A stretch of DNA of 64,000 nucleotides from Eledone cirrhosa (Eukaryota), in NCBI GenBank assembly GCA_964016885.1, contig OZ024742.1:373860001-373924000 (forward strand). Direction: 5' to 3'. Shown here one piece after another: positions 38,401 through 53,400 of this stretch (its first letter is position 1; each line of letters starts with the position of its first letter). A program made the translations under genes and the position numbers. The notes under the pieces are model-generated. The model searched no databases and was not told where the DNA came from. It saw only the letters and a list, made by a program, of their open reading frames with translations.

Positions 38401-41400
38401 GTGTGGACTGAGCACTTTTTGTCATGACACCAACACAGCCTCTTTACAGTGTGGACTGGGCGCTTTTGTCATGACACCAACACAGCCTGTTTACAGTGTG
38501 GGCTGAGCACTTTTTGTCATGACACCAACACAACCTCGATACAGTGTGGTCTGAGCACTTTTTGTCATGACACCAACACAACCTCGATACAGTGTGGACT
38601 GAGCACTTTTTGTCATGACACCAACACAGCCTCTTTACAGTGTGGACTGGGCGCTTTTTGTCATGACACCAACACAGCCTGTTTACAGTGTGGGCTGAGC
38701 ACTTTTTGTCATGACACCAACACAACCTCTTTACAATGTGGGCTGAGCACTTTTTGTCATGACACCAACACAACCTCGATACAGTGTGGACTGAGCACTT
38801 TTTGTCATGACACCAACACAACCTCTTTACAGTGTGAACTGAGCACTTTTTGTCATGACATCAACACAACTTCTTTACAGTGTGAACTGAGCACTTTTTG
38901 TCATCACACCCACCAAAACAACCTCTTCACAGTGTGGTCTGAGCACTTTTTGTCATGACACTAACACAACCTCTTTACAGTGTGGATTGAGGACTTTTTG
39001 TCATGACAGCAACACAACTTTACAGTGTGGACTGAGCACTTTTCGTCATGACAGCAACACAGCCTCGTTACAGTGTGAACTGAGCACTCTTTGTCATGAT
39101 ACCAACACAATCTCTTTAGAATGTGAACTGAGCACTTTTTATCATGACATCAACAGGACCACTTTACAGTGTGGACTGAGCACTTTTTGTCATGACAAAA
39201 ACACAACCTCTTTACAGTGTGGACTGAGCGCTTTTTGTCATGACAGCAACACAACCTCTTTACAGTGTAGACTGAGCACTTTTTGTCATGACACCAACAC
39301 AGCCTCTTTACAGTGTGAACTGAGCACTTTTTGTCATGACACCAACACAATCTCAATACAGTGTGAACTGAGCACTTTTTGTCATGACATCAACACAACT
39401 TCTTTACAGTGTGAACTGAGCACTTTTTGTCATCACACCCACCAAAACAACCTCTTTATAGTGTGGCCTGAGCACTTTTTGTCATGACACTAACACAACC
39501 TCTTTACAGTGTGGATTGAGCGCTTTTTGTCATGACAGCAACACAACTTTACAGTGTGGACTGAGCGCTTTTCGTCATGACAGCAACACAGCCTCTTTAA
39601 AGTGTGAACTGAGCACTTTTTGTCATGACACCAACAAAACCACTTTACAGTGTGAACTGAGCGCTTTTTGTCATGACAGCAACACAACCTCTTTACAGTG
39701 TAGACTGAGCACTTTTTGTCATGACACCAACACAGCCACTTTACAGTGTGAACTGAGCACTTTTTGTCATGACACCAACACAATCTCGATACAGTGTGAA
39801 CTGGGCACTTTTTGTCATGACATCAACACATCCTCTTTATAGTGTGAACTGAGCACTTTTTATTATGACATCAACACAATCTCTTTACAGTGTGAACTGA
39901 GCACTTTTTGTCATGACATCAACACAACCTCTTTACAGTGTGCACTGAGCACTTTTTGTCATGACACTAACACAACCTCTTTACAGTGTGGATTGAGCGC
40001 TTTTTGTCATGACAGCAACACAACTTTACAGTGTGGACTGAGCGCTTTTCGTCATGACAGCAACACAGCCTCTTTAAAGTGTGAACTGAGCACTTTTTGT
40101 CATGACACCAACAAAACCACTTTACAGTGTGAACTGAACACTTTTAGTCATGACACCAACACAGCTTCTTTACAGTGTGAACTGATCACTTTTTGTCATG
40201 ACACCAACACAACCTCGATACAGTGTGGTCTGAGCACTTTTTGTCATGACACCAACACAACCTCGATACAGTGTGGACTGAGCACTTTTTGTCATGACAC
40301 CAACACAGCCTCTTTACAGTGTGGACTGGGCGCTTTTGTCATGACACCAACACAGCCTGTTTACAGTGTGGGCTGAGCACTTTTTGTCATGACACCAACA
40401 CAACCTCGATACAGTGTGGTCTGAGCACTTTTTGTCATGACACCAACACAACCTCGATACAGTGTGGACTGAGCACTTTTTGTCATGACACCAACACAGC
40501 CTCTTTACAGTGTGGACTGGGCGCTTTTTGTCATGACACCAACACAGCCTGTTTACAGTGTGGGCTGAGCACTTTTTGTCATGACACCAACACAACCTCT
40601 TTACAATGTGGGCTGAGCACTTTTTGTCATGACACCAACACAACCTCGATACAGTGTGGACTGAGCACTTTTTGTCATGACACCAACACAACCTCTTTAC
40701 AGTGTGAACTGAGCACTTTTTGTCATGACATCAACACAACTTCTTTACAGTGTGAACTGAGCACTTTTTGTCATCACACCCACCAAAACAACCTCTTCAC
40801 AGTGTGGTCTGAGCACTTTTTGTCATGACACTAACACAACCTCTTTACAGTGTGGATTGAGGACTTTTTGTCATGACAGCAACACAACTTTACAGTGTGG
40901 ACTGAGCACTTTTCGTCATGACAGCAACACAGCCTCGTTACAGTGTGAACTGAGCACTCTTTGTCATGATACCAACACAATCTCTTTAGAATGTGAACTG
41001 AGCACTTTTTATCATGACATCAACAGGACCACTTTACAGTGTGGACTGAGCACTTTTTGTCATGACAAAAACACAACCTCTTTACAGTGTGGACTGAGCG
41101 CTTTTTGTCATGACAGCAACACAACCTCTTTACAGTGTAGACTGAGCACTTTTTGTCATGACACCAACACAGCCTCTTTACAGTGTGAACTGAGCACTTT
41201 TTGTCATGACACCAACACAATCTCGATACAGTGTGAACTGAGCACTTTTTGTCATGACATCAACACAACTTCTTTACAGTGTGAACTGAGCACTTTTTGT
41301 CATCACACCCACCAAAACAACCTCTTTATAGTGTGGCCTGAGCACTTTTTGTCATGACACTAACACAACCTCTTTACAGTGTGGATTGAGCGCTTTTTGT

Positions 41401-44400
41401 CATGACAGCAACACAACTTTACAGTGTGGACTGAGCGCTTTTCGTCATGACAGCAACACAGCCTCTTTAAAGTGTGAACTGAGCACTTTTTGTCATGACA
41501 CCAACAAAACCACTTTACAGTGTGAACTGAGCGCTTTTTGTCATGACAGCAACACAACCTCTTTACAGTGTAGACTGAGCACTTTTTGTCATGACACCAA
41601 CACAGCCACTTTACAGTGTGAACTGAGCACTTTTTGTCATGACACCAACACAATCTCGATACAGTGTGAACTGGGCACTTTTTGTCATGACATCAACACA
41701 TCCTCTTTATAGTGTGAACTGAGCACTTTTTATTATGACATCAACACAATCTCTTTACAGTGTGAACTGAGCGCTTTTTGTCATGACATCAACACAACCT
41801 CTTTACAGTGTGCACTGAGCACTTTTTGTCATGACACTAACACAACCTCTTTACAGTGTGGACTGAGCGCTTTTTGTCATGACAGCAACACAGCCTCTTT
41901 ACAGTGTGAACTGAGCACTTTTTGTAGTGACACTAATACAACCTCTTTACAGTGTGAACTGAACACTTTTTGTCATCACACCAACACAACCGCTTTACAG
42001 TGTGAACTGAGCACTTTTTGTCATGACACCAACACAACCTCTTTACAGTGTGAACTGATCATTTTTGTCATGATACCAACACAACCTCTTTACAGTGTGA
42101 ACTGAGCACTTTTTGTCATCACATCAACACACCCTCTTTATAGTGTGAACTGAGCACTTTTTATTATGACATCAACACAATCTCTTTACAGTGTGAACTG
42201 AGCACTTTTTGTCATGACACCAACACAACCTCTTTACAGTGTAGACTGAGCACTTTTTGTCATGACACCAACATAGCCTCTTTGCAGTGTGAACTAAGCA
42301 CTTTTTGTCATGACAAAAACACAACCTCTTTACAGTGTGGACTGAGCGCTTTTTGTCATGACAGCAACACAACCTCTTTACAGTGTAGACTGAGCACTTT
42401 TTGTCATGACACCAACACAGCCTCTTTACAGTGTGAACTGAGCACTTTTTGTCATGACACCAACACAATCTCAATACAGTGTGAACTGAGCACTTTTTGT
42501 CATGACATCAACACAACTTCTTTACAGTGTGAACTGAGCACTTTTTGTCATCACACCCACCAAAACAACCTCTTTATAGTGTGGCCTGAGCACTTTTTGT
42601 CATGACACTAACACAACCTCTTTACAGTGTGGATTGAGCGCTTTTTGTCATGACAGCAACACAACTTTACAGTGTGGACTGAGCGCTTTTCGTCATGACA
42701 GCAACACAGCCTCTTTAAAGTGTGAACTGAGCACTTTTTGTCATGACACCAACAAAACCACTTTACAGTGTGAACTGAGCGCTTTTTGTCATGACAGCAA
42801 CACAACCTCTTTACAGTGTAGACTGAGCACTTTTTGTCATGACACCAACACAGCCACTTTACAGTGTGAACTGAGCACTTTTTGTCATGACACCAACACA
42901 ATCTCGATACAGTGTGAACTGGGCACTTTTTGTCATGACATCAACACATCCTCTTTATAGTGTGAACTGAGCACTTTTTATTATGACATCAACACAATCT
43001 CTTTACAGTGTGAACTGAGCACTTTTTGTCATGACATCAACACAACCTCTTTACAGTGTGCACTGAGCACTTTTTGTCATGACACTAACACAACCTCTTT
43101 ACAGTGTGGATTGAGCGCTTTTTGTCATGACAGCAACACAACTTTACAGTGTGGACTGAGCGCTTTTCGTCATGACAGCAACACAGCCTCTTTAAAGTGT
43201 GAACTGAGCACTTTTTGTCATGACACCAACAAAACCACTTTACAGTGTGAACTGAACACTTTTAGTCATGACACCAACACAGCTTCTTTACAGTGTGAAC
43301 TGATCACTTTTTGTCATGACACCAACACAACCTCGATACAGTGTGGTCTGAGCACTTTTTGTCATGACACCAACACAACCTCGATACAGTGTGGACTGAG
43401 CACTTTTTGTCATGACACCAACACAGCCTCTTTACAGTGTGGACTGGGCGCTTTTGTCATGACACCAACACAGCCTGTTTACAGTGTGGGCTGAGCACTT
43501 TTTGTCATGACACCAACACAACCTCGATACAGTGTGGTCTGAGCACTTTTTGTCATGACACCAACACAACCTCGATACAGTGTGGACTGAGCACTTTTTG
43601 TCATGACACCAACACAGCCTCTTTACAGTGTGGACTGGGCGCTTTTTGTCATGACACCAACACAGCCTGTTTACAGTGTGGGCTGAGCACTTTTTGTCAT
43701 GACACCAACACAACCTCTTTACAATGTGGGCTGAGCACTTTTTGTCATGACACCAACACAACCTCGATACAGTGTGGACTGAGCACTTTTTGTCATGACA
43801 CCAACACAACCTCTTTACAGTGTGAACTGAGCACTTTTTGTCATGACATCAACACAACTTCTTTACAGTGTGAACTGAGCACTTTTTGTCATCACACCCA
43901 CCAAAACAACCTCTTCACAGTGTGGTCTGAGCACTTTTTGTCATGACACTAACACAACCTCTTTACAGTGTGGATTGAGGACTTTTTGTCATGACAGCAA
44001 CACAACTTTACAGTGTGGACTGAGCACTTTTCGTCATGACAGCAACACAGCCTCGTTACAGTGTGAACTGAGCACTCTTTGTCATGATACCAACACAATC
44101 TCTTTAGAATGTGAACTGAGCACTTTTTATCATGACATCAACAGGACCACTTTACAGTGTGGACTGAGCACTTTTTGTCATGACAAAAACACAACCTCTT
44201 TACAGTGTGGACAGAGCGCTTTTTGTCATGACAGCAACACAACCTCTTTACAGTGTAGACTGAGCACTTTTTGTCATGACACCAACACAGCCTCTTTACA
44301 GTGTGAACTGAGCACTTTTTGTCATGACACCAACACAATCTCGATACAGTGTGAACTGAGCACTTTTTGTCATGACATCAACACAACTTCTTTACAGTGT

Positions 44401-47400
44401 GAACTGAGCACTTTTTGTCATCACACCCACCAAAACAACCTCTTTATAGTGTGGCCTGAGCACTTTTTGTCATGACACTAACACAACCTTTTTACAGTGT
44501 GGATTGAGCGCTTTTTGTCATGACAGCAACACAACTTTACAGTGTGGACTGAGCGCTTTTCGTCATGACAGCAACACAGCCTCTTTAAAGTGTGAACTGA
44601 GCACTTTTTGTCATGACACCAACAAAACCACTTTACAGTGTGAACTGAGCGCTTTTTGTCATGACAGCAACACAACCTCTTTACAGTGTAGACTGAGCAC
44701 TTTTTGTCATGACACCAACACAGCCACTTTACAGTGTGAACTGAGCACTTTTTGTCATGACACCAACACAATCTCGATACAGTGTGAACTGGGCACTTTT
44801 TGTCATGACATCAACACATCCTCTTTATAGTGTGAACTGAGCACTTTTTATTATGACATCAACACAATCTCTTTACAGTGTGAACTGAGCACTTTTTGTC
44901 ATGACATCAACACAACCTCTTTACAGTGTGCACTGAGCACTTTTTGTCATGACACTAACACAACCTCTTTACAGTGTGGACTGAGCGCTTTTTGTCATGA
45001 CAGCAACACAGCCTCTTTACAGTGTGAACTGAGCACTTTTTGTAGTGACACTAATACAACCTCTTTACAGTGTGAACTGAACACTTTTTGTCATCACACC
45101 AACACAACCGCTTTACAGTGTGAACTGAGCACTTTTTGTCATGACACCAACACAACCTCTTTACAGTGTGAACTGATCATTTTTGTCATGATACCAACAC
45201 AACCTCTTTACAGTGTGAACTGAGCACTTTTTGTCATCACATCAACACACCCTCTTTATAGTGTGAACTGAGCACTTTTTATTATGACATCAACACAATC
45301 TCTTTACAGTGTGAACTGAGCACTTTTTGTCATGACACCAACACAACCTCTTTACAGTGTAGACTGAGCACTTTTTGTCATGACACCAACATAGCCGCTT
45401 TGCAGTGTGAACTAAGCACTTTTTGTCATGACACCAAAACAACCTCTTTACAGTGTGAACTGAGCACTTTTTGTCATGATACCAACACAACCTCTTTTCA
45501 GTGTGAAATGAGCACTTTTTGTCATGACACCAACACAACCTCTTTACAGTGTGAACTGAGCACTTTTTGTCATGAAATCAACACAACCTCTTTACAGTGT
45601 GAACTAAGCGTTTTTGTAGTGACACTAAAACAAACTCTTTACAGTGTGAACTGAGCACTTTTTGTCATCACACTAACACAACCTCTTTACATTGTTAACT
45701 GAGCACTTTTTGTGATGACACTAACACAACCTCTTTACCGTGTGGGCTGAGCGCTTTTTGTCATGACATCAACACAGCCTCTTTACAGTGTGGACTGAGC
45801 ACTTTTTTCATGAAATCAACAATACCTCTTTTCAGTGTGAACTGAGCGCTTTTTGTAGTGATACTAATACAACATCTTTACAGTGTAAACTGAGCACTTT
45901 TTTTCATCACACCAACACAGCCTCTTTACAGTGTAGACTGAACACTTTTAGTCATGACACCAACACAGCTTCTTTACAGTGTGAACTGAGCACTTTTTGT
46001 CATGACACCAACACAACCTCGATACAGTGTGGTCTGAGCACTTTTTGTCATGACACCAACACAACCTCGATACAGTGTGGACTGAGCACTTTTTGTCATG
46101 ACACCAACACAGCCTCTTTACAGTGTGGACTGGGCGCTTTTGTCATGACACCAACACAGCCTGTTTACAGTGTGGGCTGAGCACTTTTTGTCATGACACC
46201 AACACAACCTCTTTACAATGTGGGCTGAGCACTTTTTGTCATGACACCAACACAACCTCGATACAGTGTGGACTGAGCACTTTTTGTCATGACACCAACA
46301 CAACCTCTTTACAGTGTGAACTGAGCACTTTTTGTCATGACATCAACACAACTTCTTTACAGTGTGAACTGAGCACTTTTTGTCATCACACCCACCAAAA
46401 CAACCTCTTCACAGTGTGGTCTGAGCACTTTTTGTCATGACACTAACACAACCTCTTTACAGTGTGGATTGAGGACTTTTTGTCATGACAGCAACACAAC
46501 TTTACAGTGTGGACTGAGCACTTTTCGTCATGACAGCAACACAGCCTCGTTACAGTGTGAACTGAGCACTCTTTGTCATGATACCAACACAATCTCTTTA
46601 GAATGTGAACTGAGCACTTTTTATCATGACATCAACAGGACCACTTTACAGTGTGGACTGAGCACTTTTTGTCATGACAAAAACACAACCTCTTTACAGT
46701 GTGGACTGAGCGCTTTTTGTCATGACAGCAACACAACCTCTTTACAGTGTAGACTGAGCACTTTTTGTCATGACACCAACACAGCCTCTTTACAGTGTGA
46801 ACTGAGCACTTTTTGTCATGACACCAACACAATCTCGATACAGTGTGAACTGAGCACTTTTTGTCATGACATCAACACAACTTCTTTACAGTGTGAACTG
46901 AGCACTTTTTGTCATCACACCCACCAAAACAACCTCTTTATAGTGTGGCCTGAGCACTTTTTGTCATGACACTAACACAACCTCTTTACAGTGTGGATTG
47001 AGCGCTTTTTGTCATGACAGCAACACAACTTTACAGTGTGGACTGAGCGCTTTTCGTCATGACAGTAACACAGCCTCGTTACAGTGTGAACTGAGCACTC
47101 TTTGTCATGATACCAACACAATCTCTTTACAATGTGAACTGAGCACTTTTTATCATGACATCAACAGGACCACTTTACAGTGTGGACTGAGCACTTTTTG
47201 TCGTGACAAAAACACAACCTCTTTACAGTGTGGACTGAGCGCTTTTTGTCATGACAGCAACACAACCTCTTTACAGTGTAGACTGAGCACTTTTTGTCAT
47301 GACACCAACACAGCCTCTTTACAGTGTGAACTGAGCACTTTTTGTCATGACACCAACACAATCTCGATACAGTGTGAACTGAGCACTTTTTGTCATGACA

Positions 47401-50400
47401 TCAACACATCCTCTTTACAGTGTGAACTGAGCGCTTTTTGTAGTGACACTAATACAACCTCTTTACAGTGTAAACTGAGCACTTTTTGTCATCACACCAA
47501 CAGAACCGCTTTACAGTGTGAACTGAGCACTTTTTGTCATGACACCAACACAACCTCTTTACAGTGTGAACTGATCATTTTTGTCATGATACCAACACAA
47601 CCTCTTTACAGTGTGAACAGAGCACTTTTTGTCATGACATCAACACACTCTCTTTACAGTGTGAACTGAGCACTTTTTATTATGACATCAACACAATCTC
47701 TTTACAGTGTGAACTGAGCACTTTTTGTCATGACACCAACACAACCTCTTTACAGTGTAGACTGAGCACTTTTTGTCATGACACCAACATAGCCTCTTTA
47801 CAGTGTGAACTGAGCACTTTTTGTCATGACACCAAAACATCCTCTTTACAGTGTGGTCTGAGCACTTTTTGTCATGACACTAACACAACATCTTTACAGT
47901 GTGGACTGAGCGCTTTTTATCATGACAGCAACACAGCCTCTTTAAAGTGTGAACTGAGCACTTTTTGTCATGACATCAACAAAACCACTTTACAGTGTGA
48001 ACTGAGCACTTTTTGTCATGACACCAACACAAATTCTTTACAGTGTGGACTGAGCGCTTTTTGTCATGACACCAAAACAATCTCTTTACAGTGTGAACTG
48101 AGCACTTTTTGTCATGATACCAACACAACCTCTTTTCAGTGTGAAATGAGCACTTTTTGTCATGACACCAACACAACCTCTTTACAATGTGGACTGAGCG
48201 CTTTTTGTCATGACAGCAACACAACCTCTTTACAGTGTAGACTGAGCACTTTTTGTCATGACACCAACACAGCCTCTTTACAGTGTGAACTGAGCACTTT
48301 TTGTCATGACACCAACACAATCTCGATACAGTGTGAACTGGGCACTTTTTGTCATGACATCAACACATCCTCTTTACAGTGTGAACTGAGCGCTTTTTGT
48401 AGTGACACTAATACAACCTCTTTACAGTGTGAACTGAGCACTTTTTGTCATCACACCAACACAACCTCTTTACAGTGTGCACTGAGCACTTTTTGTCATG
48501 ACACTAACACAACCTCTTTACAGTGTGGACTGAGCGCTTTTTGTCATGACAGCAACACAGCCTCTTTACAGTGTGAACTGAGCACTTTTTGTAGTGACAC
48601 TAATACAACCTCTTTACAGTGTGAACTGAACACTTTTTGTCATCACACCAACACAACCGCTTTACAGTGTGAACTGAGCACTTTTTGTCATGACACCAAC
48701 ACAACCTCTTTACAGTGTGAACTGATCATTTTTGTCATGATACCAACACAACCTCTTTACAGTGTGAACTGAGCACTTTTTGTCATCACATCAACACACC
48801 CTCTTTACAGTGTGAACTGAGCACTTTTTATTATGACATCAACACAATCTCTTTACAGTGTGAACTGAGCACTTTTTGTCATGACACCAACACAACCTCT
48901 TTACAGTGTAGACTGAGCACTTTTTGTCATGACACCAACATAGCCTCTTTGCAGTGTGAACTAAGCACTTTTTGTCATGACACCAAAACATCCTCTTTAC
49001 AGTGTGGTCTGAGCACTTTTTGTCATGACACTAACACAACATCCTTACAGTGTGGACTGAGCGCTTTTTGTCATGACAGCAACACAGCCTCTTTACAGTG
49101 TGAACTAAGCGTTTTTGTAGTGACACTAAAACAAACTCTTTACAGTGTGAACTGAGCACTTTTTGTCATGACACCAAAACAACCTCTTTACAGTGTGAAC
49201 TGAGCACTTTTTGTCATGATACCAACACAACCTCTTTTCAGTGTGAAATGAGCACTTTTTGTCATGACACCAACACAACCTCTTTACAGTGTGAACTGAG
49301 CACTTTTTGTCATGAAATCAACACAACCTCTTTACAGTGTGAACTAAGCGTTTTTGTAGTGACACTAAAACAAACTCTTTACAGTGTGAACTGAGCACTT
49401 TTTGTCATCACACTAACACAACCTCTTTACATTGTTAACTGAGCACTTTTTGTGATGACACTAACACAACCTCTTTACCGTGTGGACTGAGCGCTTTTTG
49501 TCATGACATCAACACAGCCTCTTTACAGTGTGGACTGAGCGCTTTTTTCATGAAATCAACAATACCTCTTTTCAGTGTGAACTGAGCGCTTTTTGTAGTG
49601 ATACTAATACAACCTCTTTACAGTGTGAACTGAGCACTTTTTTTCATCACACCAACACAGCCTCTTTACAGTGTAGACTGAACACTTTTAGTCATGACAC
49701 CAACACAGCTTCTTTACAGTGTGAACTGAGCACTTTTTGTCATGACACCAACACAACCTCGATACAGTGTGGTCTGAGCACTTTTTGTCATGACACCAAC
49801 ACAACCTCGATACAGTGTGGACTGAGCACTTTTTGTCATGACACCAACACAGCCTCTTTACAGTGTGGACTGGGCGCTTTTGTCATGACACCAACACAGC
49901 CTGTTTACAGTGTGGGCTGAGCACTTTTTGTCATGACACCAACACAACCTCTTTACAATGTGGGCTGAGCACTTTTTGTCATGACACCAACACAACCTCG
50001 ATACAGTGTGGACTGAGCACTTTTTGTCATGACACCAACACAACCTCTTTACAGTGTGAACTGAGCACTTTTTGTCATGACATCAACACAACTTCTTTAC
50101 AGTGTGAACTGAGCACTTTTTGTCATCACACCCACCAAAACAACCTCTTCACAGTGTGGTCTGAGCACTTTTTGTCATGACACTAACACAACCTCTTTAC
50201 AGTGTGGATTGAGGACTTTTTGTCATGACAGCAACACAACTTTACAGTGTGGACTGAGCACTTTTCGTCATGACAGCAACACAGCCTCGTTACAGTGTGA
50301 ACTGAGCACTCTTTGTCATGATACCAACACAATCTCTTTAGAATGTGAACTGAGCACTTTTTATCATGACATCAACAGGACCACTTTACAGTGTGGACTG

Positions 50401-53400
50401 AGCACTTTTTGTCATGACAAAAACACAACCTCTTTACAGTGTGGACTGAGCGCTTTTTGTCATGACAGCAACACAACCTCTTTACAGTGTAGAATGAGCA
50501 CTTTTTGTCATGACACCAACACAGCCTCTTTACAGTGTGAACTGAGCACTTTTTGTCATGACACCAACACAATCTCGATACAGTGTGAACTGGGCACTTT
50601 TTGTCATGACATCAACACATCCTCTTTACAGTGTGAACTGAGCGCTTTTTGTAGTGACACTAATGCAACCTCTTTACAGTGTGAACTGAGCACTTTTTGT
50701 CATCACACCAACACAACCTCTTTACAGTGTGCACTGAGCACTTTTTGTCATGACACTAACACAACCTCTTTACAGTGTGGACTGAGCGCTTTTTGTCATG
50801 ACAGCAACACAGCCTCTTTACAGTGTGAACTGAGCACTTTTTGTAGTGACACTAATACAACCTCTTTACAGTGTGAACTGAACACTTTTTGTCATCACAC
50901 CAACACAACCGCTTTACAGTGTGAACTGAGCACTTTTTGTCATGACACCAACACAACCTCTTTACAGTGTGAACTGATCATTTTTGTCATGATACCAACA
51001 CAACCTCTTTACAGTATGAACTGAGCACTTTTTGTCATCACATCAACACACCCTCTTTACAGTGTGAACTGAGCACTTTTTATTATGACATCAACACAAT
51101 CTCTTTACAGTGTGAACTGAGCACTTTTTGTCATGACACCAACACAACCTCTTTACAGTGTAGACTGAGCACTTTTTGTCATGACACCAACATAGCCTCT
51201 TTGCAGTGTGAACTAAGCACTTTTTGTCATGACACCAAAACATCCTCTTTACAGTGTGGTCTGAGCACTTTTTGTCATGACATCAACAAAACCACTTTAC
51301 AGTGTGAACTGAGCACTTTTTGTCATGACACCAACACAAACTCTTTATAGTGTGGACTGAGCGCTTTTTGTCATGACACCAAAACAACCTCTTTACAGTG
51401 TGAACTGAGCACTTTTTGTCATGATACCAACACAACCTCTTTTCAGTGTGAAATGAGCACTTTTTGTCATGACACCAACACAACCTCTTTACAGTGTGAA
51501 CTGAGCACTTTTTGTCATGAAATCAACACAACCTCTTTACAGTGTGAACTAAGCGTTTTTGTAGTGACACTAAAACAAACTCTTTACAGTGTGAACTGAG
51601 CACTTTTTGTCATCACACTAACACAACCTCTTTACATTGTTAACTGAGCACTTTTTATCATGACATCAACAGGATCACTTTACAGTGTGGACTGAGCACT
51701 TTTTGTCATGACAAAAACACAACCTCTTTACAGTGTGGACTGAGCGCTTTTTGTCATGACAGCAACACAACCTCTTTACAGTGTAGACTGAGCACTTTTT
51801 GTCATGACACCAACACAGCCTCTTTACAGTGTGAACTGAGCACTTTTTGTCATGACACCAACACAATCTCGATACAGTGTGAACTGGGCACTTTTTGTCA
51901 TGACATCAACACATGCTCTTTACAGTGTGAACTGAGCACTTTTTGTAGTGACACTAATACAACCTCTTTACAGTGTGAACTGAGCACTTTTTGACATCAC
52001 ACCAACACAACCTCTTTACAGTGTGCACTGAGCACTTTTTGTCATGACACTAACACAACCTCTTTACAGTGTGGACTGAGCGCTTTTTGTCATGACAGCA
52101 ACACAGCCTCTTTACAGTGTGAACTGAGCACTTTTTGTAGTGACACTAATACAACCTCTTTACAGTGTGAACTGAACACTTTTTGTCATCACACCAACAC
52201 AACCGCTTTACAGTGTGAACTGAGCACTTTTTGTCATGACACCAACACAACCTCTTTACAGTGTGAACTGATCATTTTTGTCATGATACCAACAGAACCT
52301 CTTTACAGTGTGAACTGAGCACTTTTTGTCATCACATCAACACACCCTCTTTACAGTGTGAACTGAGCACTTTTTATTATGACATCAACACAATCTCTTT
52401 ACAGTGTGAACTGAGCACTTTTTGTCATGACACCAACACAAACTCTTTACAATGTGGACAAAGGGCTTTTTGTCATGACATCAACATAGCTTCTTTAGAG
52501 TGTGAACTGAGCACTTTTTGTCATGACAGTAACACAGCCTCGTTACAGTGTGGTCTGAGCACTTTTTGTCATGACACTAACACAACATCTTTACAGTGTG
52601 GACTGAGCGCTTTTTGTCATGACAGCAACACAGCCTCTTTACAGTGTGAACTGAGCACTTTTTGTCATGACATCAACAAAACCACTTTACAGTGTGAACT
52701 GAGCACTTTTTGTCATGACACCAACACAAACTCTTTATAGTGTGGACTGAGCGCTTTTTGTCATGACACCAAAACAACCTCTTTACAGTGTGAACTGAGC
52801 ACTTTTTGTCATGATACCAACACAACCTCTTTTCAGTGTGAAATGAGCACTTTTTGTCATGACACCAACACAACCTCTTTACAGTGTGAACTGAGCACTT
52901 TTTGTCATGAAATCAACACAACCTCTTTACAGTGTGAACTAAGCGTTTTTGTAGTGACACTAAAACAAACTCTTTACAGTGTGAACTGAGCACTTTTTGT
53001 CATCACACTAACACAACCTCTTTACATTGTTAACTGAGCACTTTTTGTGATGACACTAACACAACCTCTTTACCGTGTGGACTGAGCGCTTTTTGTCATG
53101 ACATCAACACAGCCTCTTTACAGTGTGGACTGAGCGCTTTTTTCATGAAATCAACAATACCTCTTTTCAGTGTGAACTGAGCGCTTTTTGTAGTGATACT
53201 AATACAACCTCTTTACAGTGTGAACTGAGCACTTTTTTTCATCACACCAACACAGCCTCTTTACAGTGTAGACTGAACACTTTTAGTCATGACACCAACA
53301 CAGCTTCTTTACAGTGTGAACTGAGCACTTTTTGTCATGACACCAACACAACCTCGATACAGTGTGGTCTGAGCACTTTTTGTCATGACACCAACACAAC